Below are positions 27,526-38,149 of a stretch of DNA of 64,000 nt, one piece after another. Position 1 is the stretch's first letter. Each line of letters opens with the position of its first letter. The notes under the pieces were generated by a model, which was not told the origin of the DNA, searched no databases, and saw only the letters and a program-made list of their open reading frames with translations. The stretch comes from Bacillota bacterium (GTDB taxonomy: Bacteria; Bacillota; Sulfobacillia; Fermentithermobacillales; Fermentithermobacillaceae). The stretch lies in assembly GCA_050952065.1 (NCBI GenBank), contig JBMNKF010000007.1, positions 145,127 to 209,126 of the forward strand, read 5' to 3'. The translations under genes and the position numbers were made by a program.

Positions 27526-28647
27526 TTGAGAAAGCGTGAGACAGAGGGGGTAACCAGGCGGAAAGAGCCCGATTACGTACTATTCTTCGTCATTCTCACG
27601 CTCTTAGCTATAGGGATCATGATGGTATTTTCCGCTAGCATGGTCAGGTCTGTCAAAGAGAACGGCCACCCGTACCACTTCCTCATCATGCAACTGATCT
27701 GGGCAGGCATAGGGCTCTCAGCCATGTTCTTCCTCATGAACTTCGACTGCTGGCGCTATCGCAGCTGGGCCCCGGCGATTTTCGCTCTGTCAGTTCTTGC
27801 ATTGATACTCGTTCTCATACCCGGCATTGGGCAAGAACGGCAAGATGCCAGAAGATGGCTAGGCTATGGGATAGCCACTGTGCAGCCGGCTGAACTGGCC
27901 AAGTTCACAATCATCTTGTTTCTAGCCGACAGACTGTCCAGAAAGCGTGACGGACTGCCTAACCTCGTGAGAGATTTGGGACCCTACTTGGTTATGTTAG
28001 GGCTCGTTTGTCTCTTGGTGTTGGCTGAGCCTGACTTGGGCACCGCCGTGGGCATAGCGGGCGCGTCTGTGATTGTTTTCTATATCGCCGGGGCACGGGT
28101 GTCCCACTTGGTGCTTGTGGGGGTGTTGTCTGTTCCCGCGCTGTATTGGGCGATCTTTTCCGAGGAATACAGACGGAACCGTTTTTTGGCCTTCCTTAAC
28201 CCGTGGGCAGACCCGGTAGGCGACGGATGGCAGATCATTCAGTCTCTCTACGCCCTGGGCACCGGAGGCCTGTTTGGTACGGGTATTGGTTTCTCGAGGC
28301 AGAAGTGGTCTTACCTTCCGGCTCCCCATACTGATTTCATATTCGCCGTCTTAGGGGAAGAGATGGGATTCTGCGGGTCTCTTCTGGTTCTTCTTCTGTT
28401 CTTTACCTTTGCGTGGCGGGGCCTCAGGACCGCCATGGCGGCCCCCGACAGGTATTCGTGCCTTTTGGCCGCAGGCCTCACAGCCCTCATCATGTTGCAG
28501 GCCCTGATCAACATTGGGGTGGTCTCCGGGTCCCTTCCCATTACTGGCATCCCACTTCCATTCATAAGCTACGGAGGCTCGAACCTCTTGACTACCCTCA
28601 TGGCCTGCGGGGTCATTTTGAATATATCCAGGTATGCCAACCGCTAA
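27526..28647 (+). CDS. ftsW: SEDS glycosyltransferase FtsW/SpoVE
   Basis: RW, QPAELAK, PDLG, HTDFIF, G..LPFISYGGS. Confidence 0.93.
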   Translation: MRKRETEGVTRRKEPDYVLFFVILTLLAIGIMMVFSASMVRSVKENGHPYHFLIMQLIWAGIGLSAMFFLMNFDCWRYRSWAPAIFALSVLALILVLIPGIGQERQDARRWLGYGIATVQPAELAKFTIILFLADRLSRKRDGLPNLVRDLGPYLVMLGLVCLLVLAEPDLGTAVGIAGASVIVFYIAGARVSHLVLVGVLSVPALYWAIFSEEYRRNRFLAFLNPWADPVGDGWQIIQSLYALGTGGLFGTGIGFSRQKWSYLPAPHTDFIFAVLGEEMGFCGSLLVLLLFFTFAWRGLRTAMAAPDRYSCLLAAGLTALIMLQALINIGVVSGSLPITGIPLPFISYGGSNLLTTLMACGVILNISRYANR

Positions 28648-28662
28648 GGGAGGTTTTAGTCA

Positions 28663-29805
28663 TTGCGTCTTGTGGTGTCGGGAGGAGGGACAGGCGGTCA
28701 TATATACCCTGCGGTAGCCGTGGCCAAAGAGATGCTGGCCATGATCCCAAGCGCAACCGTCTTGTACGTGGGGACGGAGCACGGTATGGAGAAAGCCCTG
28801 TCGCAACGAGAAGGGTTACGTTTTGCTCCGGTGAGATCTTCAGGAGTCATGGGTAAGAGCCTTAAGGTGGCCGCCAAAGGACTCTTTCAGGCATCAGTTG
28901 GCGTTAAGGATGCCGTGAGTATCTTGAGGGAGTTTCAGCCCGACGTGGTACTGGGCACTGGAGGCTATGCGTCCGGGCCAGTGGTGATGGCATCATGGCT
29001 GTTGCGCGTACCCCGGGCCATACAAGAGCAGAACGCCATACCCGGGAAGACCAATCTGGCTTTATCCAGGCTTGTGCACAAAGTGTTCTGCGCGTTTGAG
29101 TACTCCGGGCAGTTCTTCCCAAACCGGGCCAAGATCATGGTTACGGGCAACCCGGTCCGAGAATCCCTCCTGGTGCCCACAAGAGAGCAGGGTAAAAGTC
29201 ACTTTGGGGTGCCCCTGGGAGATCGAGTCATCTTGGTGCTGGGCGGATCTCGAGGAGCACGAACTCTGGTCGAGACTGGGATGCGGGCCGCATCCATGGC
29301 CGGTCGCGGTGTGTCCATCATCCTGGCAACTGGCGCCGAGTACTACTCCAAGGTGGTTCAGGAGATAGGGGCGCCTTGCGACAGTGGCATAGAGGGCTCC
29401 CGACCTGGAAATATTATCATACGTCCGTACATACACGAAATGGCTTTGGCTTACGCGGCCGCTGATGTAGTAGTCGCCCGAGCAGGGGGTATGACGCTAT
29501 CGGAGATAACTGCGTTAGGCAAACCTTCTGTCATCATTCCGTCTCCAAACGTCGCAAATAACCATCAGGAACACAACGCCCGAGCGCTGGAGGAAGTCGG
29601 GGCCGCAGTGGTAGTCAGAGAGAGCCCTAATACGCCCGAAGAAGCAACTCGAGCCGCGTTGCGTGTCATGTCTGACGAGTCCAAGAGGCGATCTATGAGT
29701 GAGGCCGCTCTAAGACTAGGTAAACCTACAGCCACCAGAGATATTTGCAGAGAGTTGGTGGCCCTTGCCCGGCAGGGCACCTCATTGGGAGGGAGGGTGC
29801 GTTAA
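28663..29805 (+). CDS. murG: Lipid II synthase MurG
   Basis: GGGTGGHIYP, GGY, EQN, GNP.R, GGSRG, HQE.NA. Confidence 0.97.
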   Translation: MRLVVSGGGTGGHIYPAVAVAKEMLAMIPSATVLYVGTEHGMEKALSQREGLRFAPVRSSGVMGKSLKVAAKGLFQASVGVKDAVSILREFQPDVVLGTGGYASGPVVMASWLLRVPRAIQEQNAIPGKTNLALSRLVHKVFCAFEYSGQFFPNRAKIMVTGNPVRESLLVPTREQGKSHFGVPLGDRVILVLGGSRGARTLVETGMRAASMAGRGVSIILATGAEYYSKVVQEIGAPCDSGIEGSRPGNIIIRPYIHEMALAYAAADVVVARAGGMTLSEITALGKPSVIIPSPNVANNHQEHNARALEEVGAAVVVRESPNTPEEATRAALRVMSDESKRRSMSEAALRLGKPTATRDICRELVALARQGTSLGGRVR

Positions 29806-31169
29806 TGCAAACAGTGCACTTCATTGCCATTGGTGGGCAATCTATGTCTGGAATAGCTGCCATGCTTTTGAAACGCGGATACAAGGTCACTGGTTCGGAT
29901 CTCAGGGAAAGCGATCTTACGCGACGACTAGAGTCGATGGGAGCAGAGATCCATATTGGGCACCGCCAAGAAAACCTGGGAACGCCAGATGTGGTGGTTG
30001 TATCTTCAGCTATAGGGCCTGACAATCCCGAACTCAGGCTCGCCCGGGAAAAGGGGATTCCCGTGGTGCACCGCATGGACATGCTGTTGAGCATACTGTC
30101 AGGGTTGAACCTACTGGCTGTGGCGGGGTCTCACGGCAAGACGACTACCACTTCTATGCTGGCCTGGATTCTTCAGCAAACCGGGCTTGACCCCACGTTC
30201 ATGCTGGGAGGCGAGCTTATAGGCCAGGGTACGTCGCACACTGGCAGCGGGGATTACGCCGTGTTCGAGACTGACGAGAGCGACGGTTCTTTCCTGAAGG
30301 CAAAGCCCGACGTGGCAGTGGTGACTAATATTGACAACGACCATTTGGAAAACTGGGGATCCATGCAGGCTCTGGAAGACGCCTTTTTCAAATTTCTAGA
30401 GTCGGTCAAGCCCGGAGGATTGCGGGTTGTGTGTCAGGACGATCCGGTGTTGGGCAAGTGGGCCGTGGGTAGACCACGTGCAGAGACCTACGGGTTCTCC
30501 CCTGAAGCCCTATGGCGGATCTCAGAAGTGCGTTCAGAGGGCTGGGGACAGAGGGCTTCCGTTCAAAGGGGCGGCGAGTTTCTTTGTGTTCTCAGAATCC
30601 AGGTTCCCGGCAGACACAATCTCCAAAACGCTTTGGGTGCTCTGGTTGCAGCGGTTCATTGCGGCCTGTCTCCCGAAAGCGTTCTGAAGGCCCTCGAGAC
30701 GTACCCCGGGGTCAAGAGACGTCTGGAAAGAGTGGGGGAGTATGCCGGGGTCTTGCTTTTGGACGATTTTGCCCACCATCCCAGTGAGATGTCTGCGTGT
30801 TTACGGACTGTTAGAGAAGTAATGCCCAAGAGCCGGATCATCGTGGTCTTCCAACCTCACCGGTACTCTCGAACCAGACTACTGGGGCGAGAGTTGGGGC
30901 AGGCCTTGTCCCGGGGGGATTTCGTGTTTGTGACGGGGATATATGCCGGCCCGGGTGAGAAAGTAGAAGACGGCACTAGTTCAATGTTTGTGGCACAAGC
31001 GGTGGAAGATGCCGGAGGCCGGGTTCGCTTGGCGGAAGATGGAGATGAAGCCATGAGGCAAGCAGTGGGAATGTCCAGAGCGGGAGACGTGATCATCACC
31101 ATGGGAGCCGGTGATATCTGGAAAACCCACAAAGACGCTGTTCAGAGCATTTTGACCAGGGGCGAGTAA
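29805..31169 (+). CDS. murC: UDP-MurNAc-L-alanine ligase
   Basis: HFIAIGG..MSG, GSHGKTTT, E.DESD, DDFAHHP, FQPHRYSR, MGAGDI. Confidence 0.96.
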   Translation: MQTVHFIAIGGQSMSGIAAMLLKRGYKVTGSDLRESDLTRRLESMGAEIHIGHRQENLGTPDVVVVSSAIGPDNPELRLAREKGIPVVHRMDMLLSILSGLNLLAVAGSHGKTTTTSMLAWILQQTGLDPTFMLGGELIGQGTSHTGSGDYAVFETDESDGSFLKAKPDVAVVTNIDNDHLENWGSMQALEDAFFKFLESVKPGGLRVVCQDDPVLGKWAVGRPRAETYGFSPEALWRISEVRSEGWGQRASVQRGGEFLCVLRIQVPGRHNLQNALGALVAAVHCGLSPESVLKALETYPGVKRRLERVGEYAGVLLLDDFAHHPSEMSACLRTVREVMPKSRIIVVFQPHRYSRTRLLGRELGQALSRGDFVFVTGIYAGPGEKVEDGTSSMFVAQAVEDAGGRVRLAEDGDEAMRQAVGMSRAGDVIITMGAGDIWKTHKDAVQSILTRGE

Positions 31170-31254
31170 CAGGTAATAGTGGGGTTTCGTAATATGGGGG
31201 GACCGTTCTAGCGAACGGGTGACTACAGACTGTGGCCAGAGGAGTGGTACGAGG

Positions 31255-32514
31255 ATGTCCAAGTTCGTCATTCTGGGTGGCAAGTCTTTGTCGGGAACGC
31301 TTTCAGTGAGCGGGGCGAAGAACGCGGTGCTTCCCATCATGGCGGCAACCGTAATGTCTGATTCCCCCTGCATACTTCACAACGCGCCTGATCTGTCGGA
31401 CGTAGCGATCATGGTTCGGATCCTGGAAGGCTTGGGGGCCAAGGTACAGAGGTCTGGGCCCGGAGGATCGGTGCTTCACATCGATCCCACCACCATGAAT
31501 AGTCACATAGTGGACGAGATGCTGATGCGACAAGTTCGCTCGTCCATCATCCTTATGGGGCCGCTCCTTGGCAAAGTGGGGAAAGCGCAAGTGTCGTACC
31601 CAGGCGGATGCGATATCGGCTCGAGACCTATAGACCTTCACATCAAAGGCTTGAAGGCTTTGGGAGCATCATTTGAGGAGGAACACGGCCAAATAATGGG
31701 CGCCAGGGATCAATGGAACGCCGTTGATGTTCACCTGGATGTGCCTTCCGTGGGCGCCACAGAAAACATAATGATGGGTGCCTGCCTGGCAAGAGGTGTC
31801 ACAGTCATCCGCAATGCGGCCAAAGAACCCGAGATCGTGGACTTACAGGGATTTCTAAATGCGATGGGGGCCCGCGTGCGCGGTGCGGGTACAGATGTAG
31901 TGAGGATTGAGGGAGTAGAGAGGCTACATGGCGCAGAGTACACCATCATGCCCGACAGGATAGAGGTCGGTACCTTCATGGTGGCCTCTGCCATCACCCG
32001 AGGCGACGTGGTCATCGAAAACGCTGTGGCTGAGCATGTTCAGGCTGTTATAGCGAAGCTTCGCGAAGTGGGGGCAAGCGTAGTTGTAAACTCAGGGATC
32101 AGAGTTGTATGCAAGGAAAGACCGAGACCCACGGATGTGAAGACGCTGCCATTCCCGGGGTTTCCCACAGATATGCAACCCCAGATGATGGCGCTCTTGT
32201 CCACAGCCGAAGGTACTTCGGTGATCACAGAGACCATCTTCGATTCTAGGTTTAGGCAAGCCGAAGAACTGGGAAGGATGGGCGCTCGCATCCGAACCGA
32301 AGGCAGGACTGCTATAATAAAGGGAGTACCGAGACTGTCCGGGGCTTTGGTAGAGGCTTGCGATCTTCGTTCGGGAGCTTCTTTGGTACTTGCCGGACTG
32401 TCGGCAGAAGGACGCGCCGTGGTCAATGGCGTTCACAATATCGACCGCGGCTATCAGGGTCTTGAGACAAAACTCAGCGCTCTGGGCGCATCTATCTCGC
32501 GGATAGACGGCTAG
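31255..32514 (+). CDS. murA: UDP-GlcNAc 1-carboxyvinyltransferase
   Basis: SGAKNA, PGGCDIGSRP, SVGATEN, PGFPTDMQ, DLR. Confidence 0.97.
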   Translation: MSKFVILGGKSLSGTLSVSGAKNAVLPIMAATVMSDSPCILHNAPDLSDVAIMVRILEGLGAKVQRSGPGGSVLHIDPTTMNSHIVDEMLMRQVRSSIILMGPLLGKVGKAQVSYPGGCDIGSRPIDLHIKGLKALGASFEEEHGQIMGARDQWNAVDVHLDVPSVGATENIMMGACLARGVTVIRNAAKEPEIVDLQGFLNAMGARVRGAGTDVVRIEGVERLHGAEYTIMPDRIEVGTFMVASAITRGDVVIENAVAEHVQAVIAKLREVGASVVVNSGIRVVCKERPRPTDVKTLPFPGFPTDMQPQMMALLSTAEGTSVITETIFDSRFRQAEELGRMGARIRTEGRTAIIKGVPRLSGALVEACDLRSGASLVLAGLSAEGRAVVNGVHNIDRGYQGLETKLSALGASISRIDG

Positions 32515-32531
32515 GAGGACCTGCGCTTTAG

Positions 32532-33269
32532 GTGGCTTCAAAGAAGGCAGCAAAAAGTGAGAGAAGAACAATCACGTGGGGGCTTGTTGTCGCCTTTGTT
32601 ATGCTTGTTGCGGCGTTCCTGTTCCTGCGTTCTGAGTATTTCACTGTGTCCAATTATGTCATAACCGGCATCAACACTGTTACCCGAGACGATATCGTTG
32701 CGCGTTGCAGCCAGTTGGAACACAATCTGTTTGCCTTTGATGTGGACAAGGCCAAGATGCTCATTGAGGCTTCGCCTTGGGTTCAGAGCGCTTCGATATC
32801 TCGCAGACTTCCCGATACCATCGTAATATCTATCGTTGAACGTGTCCCTGTGGCATTCGTTCCCATGGAGAATGGAACCTATTTAGTTGATATGGAAGGC
32901 CGCATTCTCGCTGAGGATGATGGGAAGCGACATGGTCTTGTGGCTCTAACGGGCGTTGTGGGACAAGCTTCACCGGGCCAGTTCCTGGACGATACCACAT
33001 ACGGGTGGGCCTTTAGGGTTCTGGCAGCGTTAGGGCAGATTTCCCGCACAAAACTGGCTGAGATCCATATACAAGACGGCGAATGTACCCTTATACTTGA
33101 TGATGAGTGTGCAGTCCTCTTGGGAAAAGAGGCTCCGGGGGTATCGCAGAAGACTCTTCTCCTTGAGTCGATTCTCCAAGACCTATCGCAAGATGGCTTT
33201 TATGCCGAGCATATCGACTTGAGGTTCGACAAGCCCGTGGTGAGATTTCCGCAGGAGGTAGGGGGGTGA
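32532..33269 (+). CDS. ftsQ: Cell division protein FtsQ/DivIB
   Basis: TM helix, POTRA domain (PWV.SA.ISRRLP..I.I.I.ER), C-terminal IDLRF. Confidence 0.88.
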   Translation: MASKKAAKSERRTITWGLVVAFVMLVAAFLFLRSEYFTVSNYVITGINTVTRDDIVARCSQLEHNLFAFDVDKAKMLIEASPWVQSASISRRLPDTIVISIVERVPVAFVPMENGTYLVDMEGRILAEDDGKRHGLVALTGVVGQASPGQFLDDTTYGWAFRVLAALGQISRTKLAEIHIQDGECTLILDDECAVLLGKEAPGVSQKTLLLESILQDLSQDGFYAEHIDLRFDKPVVRFPQEVGG

Positions 33270-33273
33270 CCAT

Positions 33274-33990
33274 ATGAAAAGCCGGGGGTCGCAAGCTGCA
33301 TTGACCGTCATTTTCGTCATATTTGGCTTTATGCTCGCTACGCAGTTCAGGGCGAGGCCTCCGCTTTCCAGCAACTATAGGTTACAGCGGGCAGAAGAGT
33401 TGGCTGTCCTATTACAGGTTACAGAGGAAGAGAGAGATCGTCTCAAGGATGAGGTTGCCAGCCTCAGAGACAAGGTTGCTGAGATGATGGCCGGCGAGGA
33501 TCAAGTCGAGCTTCTTCGGGAGGAACTCCAGAAGGCCAGGATCCTCGCAGGCTTGACGGAAGTCAAAGGCCCTGGAGTGGTCCTGGAGATGACGGACTCT
33601 CAGAAGCCGCCCGCCCCTGGGCAAGATCCCAATCTCCTCATCATTCACGACGATGATGTTGCCGAAGTGGTTAACGAGTTGTTTGGGGCAGGTGCAGAAG
33701 CAGTCTCGGTAAATGGTCAAAGACTGATCTCCACTAGCGAGATCAGGTGCGCCGGCAATGTCATTATGATCAACGGTGCCAGGATTGCCCCGCCGATCAT
33801 CGTGTTGGCCATCGGTGACCCAGAGACCCTCATGGGCGGGCTCAAGTTTCCCGGAGGCGTCGTAGACAGCCTTTCGCTATGGGGCATTGAAGTCAAAGTC
33901 AAAGCCGCCGATGAAGTGATCGTTCCTGCCTACAATGGTTCCCTAGTGTTTCGATATGCCCAACCTACCAGGAAAGGAGAGGCCGGCTAA
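33274..33990 (+). CDS. DUF881 (YlxW/YlxX) family protein
   Basis: AGLTEVKGPG, IHDDD, NEL..AGAEA.S.NGQR, IRC.G. Confidence 0.92.
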   Translation: MKSRGSQAALTVIFVIFGFMLATQFRARPPLSSNYRLQRAEELAVLLQVTEEERDRLKDEVASLRDKVAEMMAGEDQVELLREELQKARILAGLTEVKGPGVVLEMTDSQKPPAPGQDPNLLIIHDDDVAEVVNELFGAGAEAVSVNGQRLISTSEIRCAGNVIMINGARIAPPIIVLAIGDPETLMGGLKFPGGVVDSLSLWGIEVKVKAADEVIVPAYNGSLVFRYAQPTRKGEAG

Positions 33991-34358
33991 TGTGGTATCT
34001 CATTTCCGGGCTGCTCCTGGGGGTCCTCTTCGGCCTGAATGTGCCTTGGCAGGTACCGAGCATAGTCGCCCGCTATCTGGCGGTGAGTCTCTTGGCAGGC
34101 GTGGACACTTCCCTAGGAGGACTAAAGGCGTCGCTGGAAGGAGATTTCGATATCCTCATATTTGCCACAGGCTTCTTTGTCAACGCAGTATTGTCTGGAG
34201 TATTCGTCTATGTTGGCGACGTCCTTGGGATTGAGCTGTACCTGGCCGCCGTGGTTGCGTTGGGAGTTCGGATATTCAACAACTTGGGCGTCATCCGGAG
34301 GCATTATCTGAACAAGTGGACGACGGACCGCAGCCCTAAAAAAGAAGACTCCCGATAG
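33990..34358 (+). CDS. sbp: Small basic protein Sbp (DUF1290)
   Basis: YL.V..LA..D...GG, F..GFF.N, G.RIFNNL..IRR. Confidence 0.9.
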   Translation: MWYLISGLLLGVLFGLNVPWQVPSIVARYLAVSLLAGVDTSLGGLKASLEGDFDILIFATGFFVNAVLSGVFVYVGDVLGIELYLAAVVALGVRIFNNLGVIRRHYLNKWTTDRSPKKEDSR

Positions 34359-34422
34359 GCAGTGCAGGTTTTGGAACCGCTTTCGTTGAAAGTAAGGTCG
34401 AACAGGGAAAGAGGTGGGTGGC

Positions 34423-35484
34423 GTGGTCGTAAACGCGGAAGATCTTAGATATGCCAATCTTAAAGTGATAGGGGTTGGAGGCGGCGGGTCAAATGCCGTC
34501 AATCGGATGGTAGAGGCCGGTATCAGAGGTGTGGATTTCATATCGGTCAATACCGATGCTCAGGCATTGAACCTTTCACTGGCTCCAACGAAGATTCAGG
34601 TAGGCGCTTCGCTGACTAGAGGACTGGGCGCAGGCGCTAACCCAGAGGTCGGTGAGAAGGCGGCCCAGGAATCTCGAGAGGAGATTCTGGAGCATCTAAA
34701 AGGAGCCGATATGGTCTTCATAACCGCCGGCATGGGCGGAGGAACAGGCACTGGCGGGGCACCTGTAGTGGCTCAATGCGCCAAGGAAGTTGGTGCGCTT
34801 ACTGTAGGCGTTGTCACGAAGCCTTTTTCCTTTGAAGGAAAGCGCAGGATGAACACAGCCGTGCAGGGCATTCAAAACCTCCAAGCCCACGTCGATACCC
34901 TGATCGTCATCCCTAACGATCGTTTGCTTCAAGTTGTCCAGAGGGATACCTCCATAATAGAGGCCTTCAGAATAGCCGACGACGTGCTCAGGCACGGGGT
35001 GCAAGGCATATCGGATCTTGTATGCGTTCCGGGACTAATCAACCTCGACTTTGCCGATGTCCGGACCATAATGATGGATACGGGTTCGGCACTCATGGGG
35101 ATAGGGATCGGTCACGGCGAAAACCGAGCGGTAGATGCCGCCAAGCAGGCCATATCTAGCCCGCTCTTGGAGACGGGGATCGATGGCGCCAGGGCTGTCC
35201 TCATGAACATAACCGGGGGAAGCGACTTGGGTCTCTTTGAAGTAGACGCCGCTACAGAGACAGTCATGCAGGCCGCTGACCCTGACGCTAACATAATATG
35301 GGGCGCCGTTATAGATGATGACCTTGAGGATACGGTACAGATCACTGTCATAGCTACTGGGTTCGACGGTTCGCCCAGGCGGACTCTTAGACGTGAGAAG
35401 GCCCCTCCCAAGTTGGAGGCCGAAGACATTCTGGAAGTGCCTTATTTCTTGAGAAGACCGAAAACCGTCGAAAAGCAACGATAG
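34423..35484 (+). CDS. ftsZ: Cell division protein FtsZ
   Basis: [25 protein letters not shown]-terminal LEVPYFLR. Confidence 0.98.
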   Translation: MVVNAEDLRYANLKVIGVGGGGSNAVNRMVEAGIRGVDFISVNTDAQALNLSLAPTKIQVGASLTRGLGAGANPEVGEKAAQESREEILEHLKGADMVFITAGMGGGTGTGGAPVVAQCAKEVGALTVGVVTKPFSFEGKRRMNTAVQGIQNLQAHVDTLIVIPNDRLLQVVQRDTSIIEAFRIADDVLRHGVQGISDLVCVPGLINLDFADVRTIMMDTGSALMGIGIGHGENRAVDAAKQAISSPLLETGIDGARAVLMNITGGSDLGLFEVDAATETVMQAADPDANIIWGAVIDDDLEDTVQITVIATGFDGSPRRTLRREKAPPKLEAEDILEVPYFLRRPKTVEKQR

Positions 35485-35578
35485 AACGATCGGCGTGAAG
35501 GCCAGATAGATACAAAGTTTGCTCGTACCATCCTGTTAGGATGTCTATGGTGATATTCCCGATTGCCGCGGAATAGAC

Positions 35579-36490
35579 ATGGCCATGCAGGGTGGTGCGT
35601 GTTCCGTGGTCAAGTATGTGTACGCCGATGTTCTGTTTGCGGTTAACTGGGTAGTCAATTATCTCCTGCTTCTGGCAACGGGTAAGCTGACCGGGCGAGA
35701 CACCAAGGCATTGCGTCTCTTGGGGGCTTCGCTGGCCGGGTCCATCTATGCTGTAGCCGCCCTTTATGCTCCCTTGTCTGTCGCATTCTCGCTGCCCGCA
35801 AGGCTTCTCGTCGGGCTCTTGATGGTGGCTTTCTCTTATCCCAGTCAAAAGGGTTTGGCTTATGTTGCTGTGGCCGCGGGATTCTTCTTGTGTTCTGGGC
35901 TTACCGCAGGTACTGCTTACGGACTTCTTCACAGTAGGGCCGCAATGGCTCTCAGGAGTTCTCTTCTTGGTCAACGAGACCCGGTGGTCCACTGGTGGAT
36001 AGTGGCGGCATCGCTTGCCCTCTTGTCTTGTTTTCCCCTTGTTGCCCGCATGGGCGGGTATCGCCCTGGCGGCGCGTTACCGCTTCTCACTATTGAACTC
36101 ATGATTCAGGGTCGGAGCGTCGGACTCACCGCGTTAGTGGATACAGGCAATAACCTTAGGGACCCCGTATCCGGACTACCGGTTGTGGTCGTAGACTGGG
36201 ACTCGCTTCGAAAAGTCATGCCTACGGAGACTGCACCGTTTTTCCAGTCTACTTGGGATTCGGTTCCCGCCGGACTTGCAGAAACAGCCGTGGGTCGCAG
36301 GCTTCGTTTGATTCCCTTTGAGAGTCTGTCGGGGAAAAGGGGCGTTCTGCCTGGGTTTCGTCCCGATCAGATAGTCCTTCTGCAGAAAAATGGCATTAGG
36401 GTCAGAAGGAATGCCATTGTGGGAGTCTCCGGTGATCGACTGAGCCCAAACGGGTTGTACCAGGCTCTCGTCCATCCCGACCTCGTATAA
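35579..36490 (+). CDS. spoIIGA: Pro-sigmaE processing protease SpoIIGA
   Basis: VYADV.F..N, multiple TMs, LVDTGNNLRDP, R.IPF; upstream of sigE (start may be 35606). Confidence 0.92.
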   Translation: MAMQGGACSVVKYVYADVLFAVNWVVNYLLLLATGKLTGRDTKALRLLGASLAGSIYAVAALYAPLSVAFSLPARLLVGLLMVAFSYPSQKGLAYVAVAAGFFLCSGLTAGTAYGLLHSRAAMALRSSLLGQRDPVVHWWIVAASLALLSCFPLVARMGGYRPGGALPLLTIELMIQGRSVGLTALVDTGNNLRDPVSGLPVVVVDWDSLRKVMPTETAPFFQSTWDSVPAGLAETAVGRRLRLIPFESLSGKRGVLPGFRPDQIVLLQKNGIRVRRNAIVGVSGDRLSPNGLYQALVHPDLV

Positions 36491-36517
36491 CCTCATCCAA
36501 TTCTTGGAGGTGGGATA

Positions 36518-37243
36518 TTGAGTCTTCTGTCAAGTTTAGCATCAATGGCGCGTCGCAAGTGGATTTTCCTTCTGTGGCGCCTGGGTATAGGCGGGCGCAT
36601 CGACTATGTTGGGGGAGCCGAGATCTTGCCTCCTCCTCTAAGTCAAGAAGAAGAGGGGCGTCTTCTGTTTAGGCTCCGCTCGGGCGATGTCGATGTTAAG
36701 TCGACTCTCATAGAGAGAAATCTGAGGCTGGTTGTATATATCGCAAAGAAGTTTGAGAATACTGGAATTCCTGTGGATGACTTGGTATCAATAGGTTCGA
36801 TAGGACTGATCAAAGCCGTTTCCACTTTCGACATAGATAAGAACATCAAGCTCGCTACGTATGCGTCAAAATGCATCGAAAACGAGATACTCATGTATCT
36901 TCGACGTACCATGCGCACAAAGTCTGAGCTGTCTTTTGACGAACCACTGAATGTGGATGGGGAAGGCAACGAATTGTGCTTGTCCGACGTTAAGGGGACC
37001 CCGGAAGATACCATCTATTGCGACCTGGAAAAGCGGGACGACCGAGACCTCTTGCGCCTGGTCCTCGAAAGGCTGCCGTGGCGAGAGAGAACCATAGTAG
37101 ACCTGCGTTTTGGTTTGAGAGACGGTGTGGAAAGGACTCAGAAGCAAGTCGCGGACATGCTTGGCATATCTCAATCATACATTTCCAGGCTGGAAAAGAG
37201 GATTATGCATAAGCTGCATAAAGACATCACTAGTTTCCAATGA
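36518..37243 (+). CDS. sigE: Sporulation sigma factor E (pro-form)
   Basis: [40 protein letters not shown]. Confidence 0.96.
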   Translation: MSLLSSLASMARRKWIFLLWRLGIGGRIDYVGGAEILPPPLSQEEEGRLLFRLRSGDVDVKSTLIERNLRLVVYIAKKFENTGIPVDDLVSIGSIGLIKAVSTFDIDKNIKLATYASKCIENEILMYLRRTMRTKSELSFDEPLNVDGEGNELCLSDVKGTPEDTIYCDLEKRDDRDLLRLVLERLPWRERTIVDLRFGLRDGVERTQKQVADMLGISQSYISRLEKRIMHKLHKDITSFQ

Positions 37244-37281
37244 TAATACCAGGTATTACCCGATAACCAATTACCTTCCTT

Positions 37282-37310
37282 GTATAACTCCAGGCTGCAG
37301 TGGCAATACT
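37282..37310 (+). promoter_or_regulatory. SigF/SigG-dependent promoter of sigG
   Basis: GTATA-15 nt-GGCAATACT matches the SigF consensus. Confidence 0.75.
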
Positions 37311-37360
37311 TTTTATGATGAATAATCCATATAATGGAACCAGAGCCGGGGGTACAAGGG

Positions 37361-38134
37361 TTGAATAAGGTCGAGATTTGCGGAGTCAATACCAGTCGTC
37401 TTCCGGTACTGTCTTCTGCAAAGATGAAAGAGCTCTTCCTGGCTAAGCTGAACGGTGATACCACTGCCCGGGAGAAACTAGTTAACGGCAATCTTCGGTT
37501 GGTTTTGAGCGTCATACAGCGATTCGCCAACAGAGGCGAATTTGTTGACGATCTTTTTCAAGTCGGTTGCATCGGTCTCATGAAAGCCATAGACAATTTC
37601 GATCTCGGCCAGAACGTCAAATTCTCCACTTATGCGGTACCCATGATAATCGGAGAGATTCGCCGTTACCTGAGGGACAATAACCCCATCAGAGTGTCTA
37701 GATCCCTGCGAGATGTGGCTTACAGGGCGCTTCAGGTAAGAGATACCCTCGTTTCTCGCCTGGGAAGAGAGCCTACCGTTAAAGAGATCAGCCACGAACT
37801 CAAAACTCCCGAAGAAGAAGTGGCTTACGCTCTAGATGCCATACAAGAACCCATTAGTCTGTTCGAGCCCGTGTATCACGATGGCGGTGACCCAATCTAT
37901 GTTATGGATCAGGTTAAAGACGAGTCGGGTGAAGACGCCGGATGGGAACAGGAAATCACGATCAATGAGGCGATGTCCAAATTGTCTGCACGAGAACAGG
38001 CAATAATTAAGATGAGGTTCTTTGAAGGCAAGACGCAAATGGAGGTCGCCAAAGAGATCGGGATTTCCCAGGCCCAAGTGTCAAGGCTGGAAAAGGCCGC
38101 GTTGCTTCACATGCGCAGGGATATGGCTCTCTAG
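37361..38134 (+). CDS. sigG: Sporulation sigma factor G
   Basis: NKVEICGVNTS.LP, DDLFQVGCIGL, GISQAQVSRLEK. Confidence 0.97.
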   Translation: MNKVEICGVNTSRLPVLSSAKMKELFLAKLNGDTTAREKLVNGNLRLVLSVIQRFANRGEFVDDLFQVGCIGLMKAIDNFDLGQNVKFSTYAVPMIIGEIRRYLRDNNPIRVSRSLRDVAYRALQVRDTLVSRLGREPTVKEISHELKTPEEEVAYALDAIQEPISLFEPVYHDGGDPIYVMDQVKDESGEDAGWEQEITINEAMSKLSAREQAIIKMRFFEGKTQMEVAKEIGISQAQVSRLEKAALLHMRRDMAL

Positions 38135-38149
38135 GGCGCCTTAGAGGGG

